In this document: positions 16,694-26,272 of the stretch, piece by piece
Position numbering within the stretch: position 1 is the stretch's first letter
Layout: every line of letters begins with the position of its first letter
From: Candidatus Kerfeldbacteria bacterium RIFOXYC2_FULL_38_9
Lineage (GTDB): Bacteria > Patescibacteriota > Patescibacteriia > UBA9570 > XYC2-FULL-38-9
Length of the DNA stretch: 38,198 nucleotides
NCBI GenBank assembly: GCA_001818355.1
Contig: MHKJ01000034.1
Span: 12,723 to 50,920 of the forward strand
Direction of reading: 5' to 3'
Made by a program: the position numbers and the translations under genes
The notes under the pieces: model-generated
Told to the model about the DNA's origin: nothing
The model's database searches: none
Seen by the model: the letters and a program-made list of their open reading frames with translations, nothing else

Positions 16694-18097
16694 ATGACAT
16701 CGGAAGAATTGTGGGATGCGGCTCTGGGAGAATTAGAGCTGGAGCTTTCAAAAGCAAATTTTACCACCTGGTTAAAGGGAACTTTTATTTTAAAATACCA
16801 AGATAGCAACGTGGTGGTGGGGGTTCCCAATGCTTTTACTAAAGATTGGTTGGAAAAAAAATATCACCACCCCATTGTAAAGGCTTTGCGCCACATTTCG
16901 GATGAAGACGTAAAAACCGTAACCTATGCTGTTTCTGGAAAAACAACTCAAGCTAAAAAAATACCAACGGAAGAAAAAACAAAACAACCAGAAAAACCAA
17001 GTGAACAAAAAATCGTCAATAAAATCAGAGATTATAAAATTAACACTAATAATGTTCTTAAAAAAACCGGAGTAAATCTTACCCTTAATCCCAAATATAC
17101 TTTTGAAAATTTTGTGGTTGGTAAAAAAAACGAACTGGCTCATGCCGCGTGTATGGCGATAGCGGAAAAACCCGGCTTGGTTTATAGTCCTTTGTTTATT
17201 TTTGGCGGAGTAGGTTTGGGAAAAACCCATTTAATGCAGGCGGTGGGCAATCGGGTAAAAGAAAAAAGCGCTGATAAAAAAATACTTTATGTTACTTGTG
17301 AAACCTTCACCAACGAATATATCCGTTCGGTTGGTGAAGGCCGCGCCAGTCAATTCAAAGAAAAATTTCGTTCGGTAGATATCTTATTGGTCGATGATGT
17401 GCAGTTTTTGGCCGGTAAAGAAGGAACGGCCGAAGAATTTTTTCACACCTTTAATCATCTGCATCAACAAAACAAACAGGTAATTGTAACTTCCGACCGA
17501 CCGCCACGCGCCATTCCTACCCTGGAACAGCGCCTGGTCTCTCGTTTTGAAGGCGGTATGATTGTAGATGTTAACACTCCCGACCTCGAAACCAGAATTG
17601 CTATTTTAAAAACCAAATGTGCCGCCGGCGGCTACAACCTTAATGCGGAAATATTACAATTTATTGCTTCCAACGTGCAAAACAACGTGCGAGAGTTGGA
17701 AGGCGCCCTCAACAGAGTGATAGCCAATCAACAGCTTACCAAAAAAGAACCCACCCTGGAATCGGTGAAAGAGCTTTTGGCTTCTTATTCGGAAACACCA
17801 AAAAGAGGAGCGATTACTACCAAAAAAATACTTTCTACCGTAGCTGACTTTTTTGATATTTCTGTTCCTGATATTTCCGGCGACAGTAGAAAAAAAGAAC
17901 TGGTAGTACCAAGACAGATTGCGATGTATTTAATGAGGGAAGAAATTAATTCTTCTTTTCCCAATATTGGACAAGAGTTGGGGGGAAGGGATCACACCAC
18001 CGCCATGCATGCTTGTCAAAAGATTTCTAAGTTGGTAGAAGGAGATGAAAAAATGCACGACGATATCAACCTCATTAAACAACGTTTGTATAATTAA
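16694..18097 (+). CDS. dnaA: Chromosomal replication initiator DnaA
   Basis: Domain I LWDAALGELELELSKANFTTWL, Walker A GGVGLGKTHL, Walker B LLVDDVQFL, sensor VREIEGAL-like NVRELEGAL, domain IV GGRDHTTAMHA. Confidence 0.97.
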   Translation: MTSEELWDAALGELELELSKANFTTWLKGTFILKYQDSNVVVGVPNAFTKDWLEKKYHHPIVKALRHISDEDVKTVTYAVSGKTTQAKKIPTEEKTKQPEKPSEQKIVNKIRDYKINTNNVLKKTGVNLTLNPKYTFENFVVGKKNELAHAACMAIAEKPGLVYSPLFIFGGVGLGKTHLMQAVGNRVKEKSADKKILYVTCETFTNEYIRSVGEGRASQFKEKFRSVDILLVDDVQFLAGKEGTAEEFFHTFNHLHQQNKQVIVTSDRPPRAIPTLEQRLVSRFEGGMIVDVNTPDLETRIAILKTKCAAGGYNLNAEILQFIASNVQNNVRELEGALNRVIANQQLTKKEPTLESVKELLASYSETPKRGAITTKKILSTVADFFDISVPDISGDSRKKELVVPRQIAMYLMREEINSSFPNIGQELGGRDHTTAMHACQKISKLVEGDEKMHDDINLIKQRLYN

Positions 18098-18315
18098 CAT
18101 CTTGTGGATAGAACGGTTAAAAACCTGTTCAAAAAAGGAGGAAAAAAAACAACAAAACTTATCCCCTGTTTATCCTAGGAAAAACCACAACACTTTTCCC
18201 AACCATATCCACATTAAAAAACAAAATCCGCGCTTCAAAAATAAAAACAAAAAAGAGTTTTCCACTTAACCACACCCCTTATTATTATCATTATTAATTT
18301 AATATAAACTCTTAT
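18098..18315. other. Candidate oriC (DnaA-box cluster plus AT-rich unwinding tract)
   Basis: DnaA-box-like 9-mers: TGTGGATAG (18103..18111), TTATCCCCT (18159..18167), TTATCCTAG (18170..18178), ATATCCACA (18205..18213), TTTTCCACT (18258..18266). Then TTATTATTATCATTATTAATTTAATATAAA (about 18279..18310) just before dnaN. Confidence 0.6.
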
Positions 18316-19440
18316 ATGAAATTCTCTTGTACACAAGAAAACCTTAATCGAGGTTTGCAAAATCTTATTCACCTTACTAGTAAAAATGTTAATTTGCCCA
18401 TTTTGCATAATGTCTTAATTGAAACCCGAGAATCCGGAATAGATCTTATTGCTACCAACCTGGAAGTGGGGTTGCGAATTCACCTTCGAGGAAAAATTGA
18501 AGAAAGCGGATCTTTTACCGTACCAGCCAATTTACTTGCTAATTACGTTGGTTTATTATCTGCCGAGAGAGTAGATGTTTTTCTGGAAGAACCAAACATG
18601 ATTATTAGCGCCGGTAATCAACAAACTAAAATCAAAGGAGAAAAATCCTCCGAGTTTCCCATAGTACCGGAAGTGGAAAAAAATAACCGCGTTTTAATTC
18701 CAATTAAAGAACTTAAAACCGCCATCAAACAAAGTGTTATTTCCGCTTCCCACGATATCGCCAGACCAGAAATTTCCGGAGTTTTATTTTATTTAAAAAA
18801 TAGATTGGTGACTATTGCGGCCACCGACAGTTATCGGCTCACAGAGTGTATTATAAACTTAACAGAAGAAATCACAGAAGAAAAAAAGGTTATCATACCA
18901 ACCCCAACCCTAGGAGAGCTTTCACGAATTTTCCCGGAAACAGACGCCGAAGACAGTGTAGAAATATATTTTGGGGATGGTCAGATTTTATTTCAAACCA
19001 AAGAATTTAAGATGACCAGCCGTTTAATTGAGGGGCAGTTTCCTGATTATAAACAAATCATTCCCAAACAAGAACGTACGGTAGTTGTGGTTGATAAGGT
19101 GGCTTTTATCAAAGCCATTAAAGCGGCTAGTTTGTTTTCTAAATCAGGTATTCACGATGTAAACATGCATTTTTCCCCAGAAAAACAAACAATTACTTTA
19201 ACCACAGTGAACAACCAAATAGGAGAAAACACTACCAAGATAGAAGCCGAGATTGTTGGCGACTCATCTAATAGTTCGGTACTTAATTACCGCTATTTAC
19301 TGGAGGGGCTTTCTAATATTCCCACGCAAAAAGTAAGGATGTATTTGGCGGACAGTACCACTCCGGTTGTGTTTCAACCCCACGGAGACAAAGATTTAAG
19401 AAAAACTTACACTTATATTGTAATGCCCATCAAACAATAA
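18316..19440 (+). CDS. dnaN: DNA polymerase III beta sliding clamp
   Basis: MKFSCTQENLNRGLQ, ILHNVLIE, and ATDSYRL motifs. 374 aa. Directly after dnaA. Confidence 0.95.
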   Translation: MKFSCTQENLNRGLQNLIHLTSKNVNLPILHNVLIETRESGIDLIATNLEVGLRIHLRGKIEESGSFTVPANLLANYVGLLSAERVDVFLEEPNMIISAGNQQTKIKGEKSSEFPIVPEVEKNNRVLIPIKELKTAIKQSVISASHDIARPEISGVLFYLKNRLVTIAATDSYRLTECIINLTEEITEEKKVIIPTPTLGELSRIFPETDAEDSVEIYFGDGQILFQTKEFKMTSRLIEGQFPDYKQIIPKQERTVVVVDKVAFIKAIKAASLFSKSGIHDVNMHFSPEKQTITLTTVNNQIGENTTKIEAEIVGDSSNSSVLNYRYLLEGLSNIPTQKVRMYLADSTTPVVFQPHGDKDLRKTYTYIVMPIKQ

Positions 19441-19441
19441 G

Positions 19442-19741
19442 ATGTTTAAAAAGGCTGGTTTTTCTTTTTTTACCCAAAAATTAAAAAAGGCAGGCATTGA
19501 AGAACAAATCGAGGCGGTTTTGTGTCTTAAGGTGGTTACGGAAGTTTTAGAAGATTTTTTTGGCAAAGGTTTTTACGAACACGCCAAGCCTTGTTGGGTA
19601 AAAAAAAGAACACTGCTTATAGAAATAGTTCATCCGGCTGTGGGAGAACAAATTCGTTTGCAAGAGAGTGCTATTTTGTTTGAAATAAACAAAAAACTAA
19701 AAAAAGCCGAGGTGGTAAAAATTCAATTTAAAACCAACTAA
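19442..19741 (+). CDS. DUF721 / DciA-like protein
   Basis: 99-aa ORF 1 nt after dnaN. The pattern ...VVTEVLEDFFGKGFYEHAKPCWVKKRTLLIEIVHPAVGEQIRLQESAILFEINKKL...V.KIQFK fits DUF721 (a 'g.L.v.v.s..wa.eL' core with a C-terminal i.f). Confidence 0.6.
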   Translation: MFKKAGFSFFTQKLKKAGIEEQIEAVLCLKVVTEVLEDFFGKGFYEHAKPCWVKKRTLLIEIVHPAVGEQIRLQESAILFEINKKLKKAEVVKIQFKTN

Positions 19742-22380
19742 TTTTTATTTTTTGTATTATTGGTCTTTTTTATAAAACTAATATTCGTGGTATCTTGAGC
19801 GGTGTGTTGGCGATCGTCTGTGATGCGAACCGTAACACTGTGTTTGCCAGCGGTAAGACTGCTGGGATTATAGAAAGACTGGATGTTTTGTTGTGTTTTT
19901 ATAGTTAAGCCTGTGCGGGCGTCTACCACCAAATTATCTATTAAAAAAGTTACGGCGGTAATGGTGCGGCCGGTGCCAGGTGTGGCTGAGGCCACCAAAA
20001 TAAGATTTTTTTCCACATAATCCACTCCGGCAGAAGGGCTGATCAAGGTAAGTTTTGGTTGTTGATTTTCTCCAGTAACTCCACAATTTACTTTAGGAGT
20101 AGCTTCAGTAAGATATTCTTTTTGATTCTGTTCAGATTGCGTCCAGCCTTTTACCGCGCCTTCCCAAGAAGAAAACATCGGATCTTGGTTGGGGTCTTGC
20201 GGGGGCGGGCCTGTGGGATTGTTTTTATCAACATAATACAAAATAGAGTGTGCTTCTTTCATTTCTTTTTTTAACACATATTCTTTAGGATAAGTGTTTA
20301 AACATTCGTCAGGAATGATCTCGCCACTATAAACATCAACATTAACCTCTTTGGTTTTTTCCAAATTTCCGGCCAAGGCGCTGTTGGCGGCTTTATAATC
20401 AGCGGTTTGAAAAGTTTCTACTGGCGTACCGGCCAAAATGCTTTCCATATAAGTTTTCCAGATGGGTGTGGCCACCACCAGGCCGTCTGCTCCGTATTTC
20501 ATCGGGGTAAAATCATTATTGCCCACCCACACTCCTACAGCCAAAGAAGGTGTGTAACCCATAGTCCAAGCCGCTCTAAAATCATCGGTGGTGCCGGTTT
20601 TGGCGGCCACAGGACGATCTGATAGGTTAAGGGTAGCAAAGATCCCCTCTCTGGAATTAGAGTCGGACAGTACAGAATTGAGGGTTCTGACAGACTCTTG
20701 TTTGATTACCTGTTGGGGGTTGTCTTTCCATTCTTCTAACACATTTCCATTACGGTCTTCCACTCGCAGAACTGTTACGGGTTTATGGTACTCTCCTTCT
20801 CTGGCATAAGTAGCATAAGCGGCAGTGTGTTCCAAAGGAGTAACTTCCGCACCTCCCAACACTACCGCCAAACCAAAACGACTGCGATCCTTAAAGGAGG
20901 TGTAGCCTAATTTTTCTGCTAAATCTAAAAAGTTGTTTACTCCTACCAAATAGAGCGTTTTTACAGCTGGGATGTTTAAAGAGTGACTAAGGGCATATCT
21001 TAAAGTGACTGGCCCGGCCGTACCCAAACTGTAGTTGTGGGGTTGATAATTCGGTCCGCCATCTAAAGAAGGAAAATTAGTCACTAAATCAAAAACTTTG
21101 GTTTCCGGAGTATAACCTTTATCAAAAGCGGCTAAATAAGCTACGGGCTTAATAGAAGACCCGGGTTGCAATAACCTGGTGGTCATATTAATTTGTCCCC
21201 CGTGTTCGTTATCAAAGAAATCTCGCGAGCCCACCATGGCCCAAACCTGTCCGGTGTGCGGGTCTATGGCCACCAAAGCGGCGTTAGAGCCGCCGTATTG
21301 TTCCACTTTTGTAATACCGTTGCGCACCGCTTCTTCTGCTTTTTGTTGTTTATCCCAGTCCAGAGTGGTAATGACTTTTAAACCGCTTAAGCCAACCGAG
21401 GTTTGACCGTATTTTTCTTCCAGATATTGTTTTACATAAAGCGCAAAATGAGGAGCGTCGATATTATCAATACGCTCATTAATGGAAATGTTTTCCTGTT
21501 TTGCCTGTTCTGCTTCGTCTGAGGTAATATATCCCTCTTCGGCCATTACATCCAAGGCGTAGTTTTTTCTGGCTTGCAAGCGATCCGGATTAGTTAGCAT
21601 GGTAGTAGGAGCTTTGGGTATGGCCGCCAAAGTCGCGGCTTCAGCTAAAGAAACATCAGCCGCCGATTTGTGAAAATATTCTTGCGCCGCTTCTTCAATA
21701 CCATAAACATTTCCGCCATAACCAACCTCATTTAAATACATGGCCATAATTTCGTCTTTGCTGTATTTTTGCTCCAAACGCAAAGATAAAATCGCCTCTT
21801 TAAATTTACGCTTAAAGGTGTGGTCTTTATTAAGAATGGCGTTTTTTATAAACTGTTGAGTAATAGTAGAGGTGGCGCTGGCGTTGGTAACGCTGTGTGA
21901 ACGAATAATGGCACGGGCAATTCCTAAAAAATCCACACCGCTATGAGTATAGAATTTTCTATCTTCTAAAGAAATGGTGGCCAGCTGAATGTTTTTATTG
22001 ATACGGTCAACAGGCACCACAGTGCGTCGGTAATCTCCCACCTCGTATAAAAGTTTTTCGCCGGTGCGATCATAAATTTTAGTAGACTCTTGCACGGTGC
22101 GGGTTTCAATGTCGGTGATGTCTGCTAAATCTTTAGATACCCAAGAATAAGCCGCGGCTATTCCGATTAACCCCAGCCCCAATCCAAGAACAGCCAAAAT
22201 TAAAACCAGCCACAAAAGTTTTTTCCAAAGTTTTTTCTTTTTTTTACCAGGGCCTTTTTTTGTTTCTTCTTCTTTTTTCTTTTGGTCCAAGCGCTTTTTA
22301 AGAGTGGGTTTTAAAGAACTGTGCCGCGTGTTGATAGCGGAATTGCGGTGTTTCTTTTTGGCTATATCTGGAATGGGCAT
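19738..22380 (-). CDS. Class A penicillin-binding protein (transglycosylase + transpeptidase, PBP1A type) with C-terminal beta-rich extension
   Basis: GT51 motifs SLEDRKFYTHSGVD, ITQQFIKN and RKFKEAILSLRLEQ. Transpeptidase motifs SSIKP (SxxK), SHSLN (SxN) and KTGTT. K-rich cytoplasmic N-terminus plus one TM helix. Confidence 0.93.
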   Translation of the reverse strand: MPIPDIAKKKHRNSAINTRHSSLKPTLKKRLDQKKKEEETKKGPGKKKKKLWKKLLWLVLILAVLGLGLGLIGIAAAYSWVSKDLADITDIETRTVQESTKIYDRTGEKLLYEVGDYRRTVVPVDRINKNIQLATISLEDRKFYTHSGVDFLGIARAIIRSHSVTNASATSTITQQFIKNAILNKDHTFKRKFKEAILSLRLEQKYSKDEIMAMYLNEVGYGGNVYGIEEAAQEYFHKSAADVSLAEAATLAAIPKAPTTMLTNPDRLQARKNYALDVMAEEGYITSDEAEQAKQENISINERIDNIDAPHFALYVKQYLEEKYGQTSVGLSGLKVITTLDWDKQQKAEEAVRNGITKVEQYGGSNAALVAIDPHTGQVWAMVGSRDFFDNEHGGQINMTTRLLQPGSSIKPVAYLAAFDKGYTPETKVFDLVTNFPSLDGGPNYQPHNYSLGTAGPVTLRYALSHSLNIPAVKTLYLVGVNNFLDLAEKLGYTSFKDRSRFGLAVVLGGAEVTPLEHTAAYATYAREGEYHKPVTVLRVEDRNGNVLEEWKDNPQQVIKQESVRTLNSVLSDSNSREGIFATLNLSDRPVAAKTGTTDDFRAAWTMGYTPSLAVGVWVGNNDFTPMKYGADGLVVATPIWKTYMESILAGTPVETFQTADYKAANSALAGNLEKTKEVNVDVYSGEIIPDECLNTYPKEYVLKKEMKEAHSILYYVDKNNPTGPPPQDPNQDPMFSSWEGAVKGWTQSEQNQKEYLTEATPKVNCGVTGENQQPKLTLISPSAGVDYVEKNLILVASATPGTGRTITAVTFLIDNLVVDARTGLTIKTQQNIQSFYNPSSLTAGKHSVTVRITDDRQHTAQDTTNISFIKKTNNTKNKN

Positions 22381-22419
22381 TTTTGATTTTTAACTAGATT
22401 ATGTTAAGATGACTTTATT

Positions 22420-23649
22420 ATGACAGAAAAAGCATTAAACAAGCAAGTAAAACCAACAACAAACACAAGGCTCTTACAAGATATTATGTCGCGTGGGGTT
22501 TCAGACATCATTCCCCGTAAACTTTTTGAAAAAAAACTTAAAAAAGGCGAGAAAATGCGGATTTATTACGGCGTTGATCCTACCGGTCCTTTTATTCACC
22601 TGGGGCATGCTATTTATTTATGGAAATTGCGTCAACTGCAAGAGCTGGGACACGAAATCATTCTTTTGATTGGAGATTTTACCGCTCGAATTGGTGATCC
22701 CACGGATCGAAGCGCCGCTCGCATAGCCCTCACCCCGCAAGAGGTGCTGGCAAACGCTAAAACTTATAAAAAACAAGCGGCTAAAATTTTACGCTTTTCT
22801 GGCAGAAACCCGGTAAAAATAAAATATAACAGCACGTGGCTTGATAAACTTAAGTTTGCTGATGTGATTGAGCTTTCTGCGCAATTTACAGTGCAACAAA
22901 TGATGGAGCGCGACATGTTTCAAAAACGCTTAAAAGAAGCCAAGCCAATTTATGTGCACGAATTCCTTTATCCTATTATGCAGGGCTATGACAGTGTGGC
23001 CATGGGTGTTGATGTGGAAATGGGAGGCACTGATCAGTTGTTTAATATGTTAACCGGCCGCACCATGTTGTTGACCATGAAACAAAAAGAAAAAATAGTT
23101 ATGACTTTTGATTTGCTGGCCGGGTTGGACGGCCGTAAAATGAGCAAAGGTTTTGGAAATATTATCGGCGTGACAGACGAACCCAACGACATGTTTGGTA
23201 AAGTTATGGCCATGCAAGATGATTTAATTTTGCCATATTTTTGGTTGTGCGCCAATGTTTCCAAAAGCGACATGGAAGGCATCGAGTACGCCCTGCGCAA
23301 AGGAGAAAATCCACGAGACATCAAGCTGTGTTTGGCGCGTAAAATCGTCACGCTTTACCACGGCTTAGCATCAGCTGGAGCGGCGGAAAAAGAATTTGCC
23401 CAGGTGTTTCAAAAGAAAAACAAACCCACGGATATTCCCACACACCAGGTTTCTCAGAAAACAACCAGCCTTATTGATTTGGTGGTGGCGGTTGGTTTTG
23501 CTGGCTCTAAAGGAGAGGCGCGGAGGCTGATAGAACAAGGCGGGGTGCGGGCAGACAACAAAAAAATTACAGACACAAAAGCGATGGTTAAAATAAAATC
23601 CGGCCAAATTTTACAAGTTGGAAAACGTCATTTTGTAAAACTGGTTTAA
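22420..23649 (+). CDS. tyrS: Tyrosine--tRNA ligase
   Basis: YYGVDPTGPFIHLGHA (HIGH region), RKMSKGFGN (KMSKS), C-terminal S4-like GEARRLIEQGGVRADNKKI. Confidence 0.9.
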   Translation: MTEKALNKQVKPTTNTRLLQDIMSRGVSDIIPRKLFEKKLKKGEKMRIYYGVDPTGPFIHLGHAIYLWKLRQLQELGHEIILLIGDFTARIGDPTDRSAARIALTPQEVLANAKTYKKQAAKILRFSGRNPVKIKYNSTWLDKLKFADVIELSAQFTVQQMMERDMFQKRLKEAKPIYVHEFLYPIMQGYDSVAMGVDVEMGGTDQLFNMLTGRTMLLTMKQKEKIVMTFDLLAGLDGRKMSKGFGNIIGVTDEPNDMFGKVMAMQDDLILPYFWLCANVSKSDMEGIEYALRKGENPRDIKLCLARKIVTLYHGLASAGAAEKEFAQVFQKKNKPTDIPTHQVSQKTTSLIDLVVAVGFAGSKGEARRLIEQGGVRADNKKITDTKAMVKIKSGQILQVGKRHFVKLV

Positions 23650-23694
23650 ATTTCAGCATTGACTAAGCCGGAAAACCGGCTATACTTATACCGC

Positions 23695-24351
23695 ATGTTG
23701 AAAAATATTAAACTACTAATTTTTGATGTGGACGGCACCCTGGTTGATTCTTCCGGTGTTATCTGCGAAGCTTTTAACGGAACTACTTTGGAAATGGGTT
23801 TGTCCCAAGCGTCTCCGGATGCCATTACGCCACACATTGGTTTGTCTTTAGAAGACATGTATTTTAATGTTTTTGGTAAGCGCCTGAATGAAGATGAGGT
23901 TTTGTTATTTTACGAAAAATTTCGCCGAATTTATGATGAAGTAGATATTGAGGGCGAGGATCAGTTGCAACCAAGTGTAGTTGAAACTTTGGAATATTTT
24001 ATAAATGATAAACAAATTTCCGTTGCCACCACCAAACCGGTGGCGGTGGCGGAAAAGATTTTGGCACAACAGGGCTTGTTGCGTTATTTTTCCGCAGTTT
24101 TTGGCGGAGACAGCGTGGAAAACATCAAGCCCGATCCGGAAATTGTGCATAAAAATTTAGCAGAGTTTAACGTAGAACCGCACGAAGCGGTTATTATTGG
24201 CGATACCACCCTGGATGTTTTGGCCGGTAAAGGCGCAGGCATTCATACTGTAAGCGTTTTAACCGGTGCGCACGACCGCGCCACCCTAGCAGAAGCTCGG
24301 CCGGATTATATTATTGAAACCCTGGAAGATTTAAAAAATATTGTGGCTTAA
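23695..24351 (+). CDS. HAD-superfamily hydrolase (phosphoglycolate phosphatase-like)
   Basis: Motif I LLIFDVDGTLVDS, motif II VATTKP, motif III/IV KPDPE ... IGDTTLDVLAGKGAG. ATG 23695 is preferred over TTG 23659, which lies in the tyrS 3' hairpin AGCCGG-aaaa-CCGGCT (23666..23681). Confidence 0.85.
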   Translation: MLKNIKLLIFDVDGTLVDSSGVICEAFNGTTLEMGLSQASPDAITPHIGLSLEDMYFNVFGKRLNEDEVLLFYEKFRRIYDEVDIEGEDQLQPSVVETLEYFINDKQISVATTKPVAVAEKILAQQGLLRYFSAVFGGDSVENIKPDPEIVHKNLAEFNVEPHEAVIIGDTTLDVLAGKGAGIHTVSVLTGAHDRATLAEARPDYIIETLEDLKNIVA

Positions 24352-24387
24352 TTTTGAGCGTGGTCTGGATTAAAGAATTATATTGAT

Positions 24388-26202
24388 ATGTTAAAAAGCA
24401 TTTCTTATGCGCAAGCAACCATTTTCGTTATTTTAATTTTGTTGATTATGGGTGTGGCTGGTGTGTGGAACGCACACGGCGATTCTTTAACTGCAGATGA
24501 AATAGCACACATTCCTGCGGCTTATGCTATTACGGCTTTGCACGACTACAGACTCAATCCAGAACACCCCCCACTTATTAAAATGTTATCAGGAATTCCG
24601 CTATATTTTTTAAAACCAAACTTTAACAATGCCTGGAAAGAAGGAAAAAATTCTCAAAGTGCTGTTGGTGAAATAATGTTATGGAAATCCGCAAACAATC
24701 CAGATCAAATATTATTTTGGGCTAGATTGCCAATAGTTATACTGGCGGCATTTTTTGGTTTGGCGGTATATAAGTGGGCAACGGTTGTTGGTGGGCGCGC
24801 GGCAGGACTTGTCGCTATTACTCTTTATGCTCTTTCACCCAATATTATCGCGCACAGTCATTTGGTAACCACAGATTTTGGATTAACAGCCGGCACAACT
24901 CTATGTTTATATTTTTTGTTACGCTGTATTCATAAGCCCACTTGGTGGCGCGCTGTTGTTGTTGGTGCGGTTTACGGCTTAACCTTATTAACCAAATTTT
25001 CCGCCATTGAACTTATACCGTTTTTTGGTTTGGTACTTATTTATATTGTTATAGCTCATGTGCCATTTAAATTAAAAATTCATAAAAAGATATTATCTAC
25101 CGCGCAGTCTATTGTTTTAGTAATAACATTAATATTATTTACCAGCTTAATTGTTGTTTGGACTGGGTGTATGGTTGCTTCTTATCGTACGCCCCAGGCG
25201 GTAGTGGAGCAAATGATTAACACCGCTCCTTTTGATGATAAAGGATTGGGAATATTTTCTAAACAACACAGTCAAGAATTATTGCGCAAAACCGCTACAC
25301 ACACCCTAACTCGCCCGTTGGCTCTTTATACACTAGGGGTGACCAAGGTGTTTGCGCGTGTAAAAAATGGAAGCACTGTTTTTTTTCTAGGCACGGAACA
25401 TCAGCACGGTCTTTGGTATTATTACCCCTTGTCTTTTTTGATCAAAACTCCCCTTTCAGTATTGATTTTGTGTTTATTTTCGTTAGTATATTGTCTGTAT
25501 TTATGGTTCCATCGAGCGAAGAACACGCCTCTACAAAAAACCATAATGCGATTTTTAGATGAAACAATAATAATCGCGGCCTTAATGTGGTTAATTGGTG
25601 TGGGAATCTCAAGTAATTTAAATATTGGCCTGCGTCATTTATTACCCATTTATCCCTTGTTGTTTATTTTGCTTGGAGTAAGTAGTACGCGCTTTTTTCG
25701 TCTGTTGTTGAACCGTTCCGGTCTTTGGCAACGCAGAATGATTTTTTTGTTGATATTGGCCTTGTTTATTTATCAAATAATCACCCTAATAACACATTTG
25801 CCCCATACACTATCTTACGTGAATGAGGCTGTGGGAGCACATCGAGCTTATGCCATTACCGTGGACTCTAATCTTGATTGGGGTCAATCTTTAAAATATT
25901 TGGTCAAATTCGTGAATGATCGTCAAATTCGTCATATTAAGCTTGATCTTTTTGGAGTTTCTCCTCAAGAGGCACAATATTATCTTGGTAAAAAACAAGA
26001 AACATGGCGCAGTAAAAACGGTTACACCACTGGTTGGTTGGCGATTTCGGTAACCTATTATCAAAGCAACTCTTATTACCCCAGTACCTCTAAAAGTGAT
26101 GCTACCTACGATTGGTTACGCGCTTATAGACCCGTTGCCCTTATTGGTGGTAGTATTTTGGTTTTTTATATTGAACCACAAAGTGATACCGTCGACTATT
26201 AA
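24388..26202 (+). CDS. GT-C fold glycosyltransferase (GT39 / ArnT / PMT-like)
   Basis: 604-aa polytopic membrane protein. First-loop acidic motif GDSLTADEIAHIPAAY, many hydrophobic helices, and a C-terminal soluble domain. Confidence 0.65.
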   Translation: MLKSISYAQATIFVILILLIMGVAGVWNAHGDSLTADEIAHIPAAYAITALHDYRLNPEHPPLIKMLSGIPLYFLKPNFNNAWKEGKNSQSAVGEIMLWKSANNPDQILFWARLPIVILAAFFGLAVYKWATVVGGRAAGLVAITLYALSPNIIAHSHLVTTDFGLTAGTTLCLYFLLRCIHKPTWWRAVVVGAVYGLTLLTKFSAIELIPFFGLVLIYIVIAHVPFKLKIHKKILSTAQSIVLVITLILFTSLIVVWTGCMVASYRTPQAVVEQMINTAPFDDKGLGIFSKQHSQELLRKTATHTLTRPLALYTLGVTKVFARVKNGSTVFFLGTEHQHGLWYYYPLSFLIKTPLSVLILCLFSLVYCLYLWFHRAKNTPLQKTIMRFLDETIIIAALMWLIGVGISSNLNIGLRHLLPIYPLLFILLGVSSTRFFRLLLNRSGLWQRRMIFLLILALFIYQIITLITHLPHTLSYVNEAVGAHRAYAITVDSNLDWGQSLKYLVKFVNDRQIRHIKLDLFGVSPQEAQYYLGKKQETWRSKNGYTTGWLAISVTYYQSNSYYPSTSKSDATYDWLRAYRPVALIGGSILVFYIEPQSDTVDY

Positions 26203-26272
26203 CAGTAAACAGTCAACGGTTTGTTGGTTGATGATGTTGTGGGTTTTTTGGGCAACACCTAATGAGGTGGTT

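Noticed and set aside
20059-21406. Several 60-75-aa + strand ORFs inside the PBP gene, and similar antisense ORFs within korA, pilT, dnaA, uvrB, tyrS, the 1135-aa gene, holA and the TrmB-like gene.
   Set aside because: All lie opposite to, or out of frame with, genes having strong motif support. None has a recognisable domain or plausible start context.
22195-22300. Poly-A/T, lysine-codon-rich stretch at the 5' end of the PBP gene (…KKKEEETKKGPGKKKKKLWKK…).
   Set aside because: It is a low-complexity basic cytoplasmic tail ahead of the TM anchor, which is common in class A PBPs of AT-rich genomes. It is not a repeat element or a slippery frameshift site, since the reading frame is continuous.
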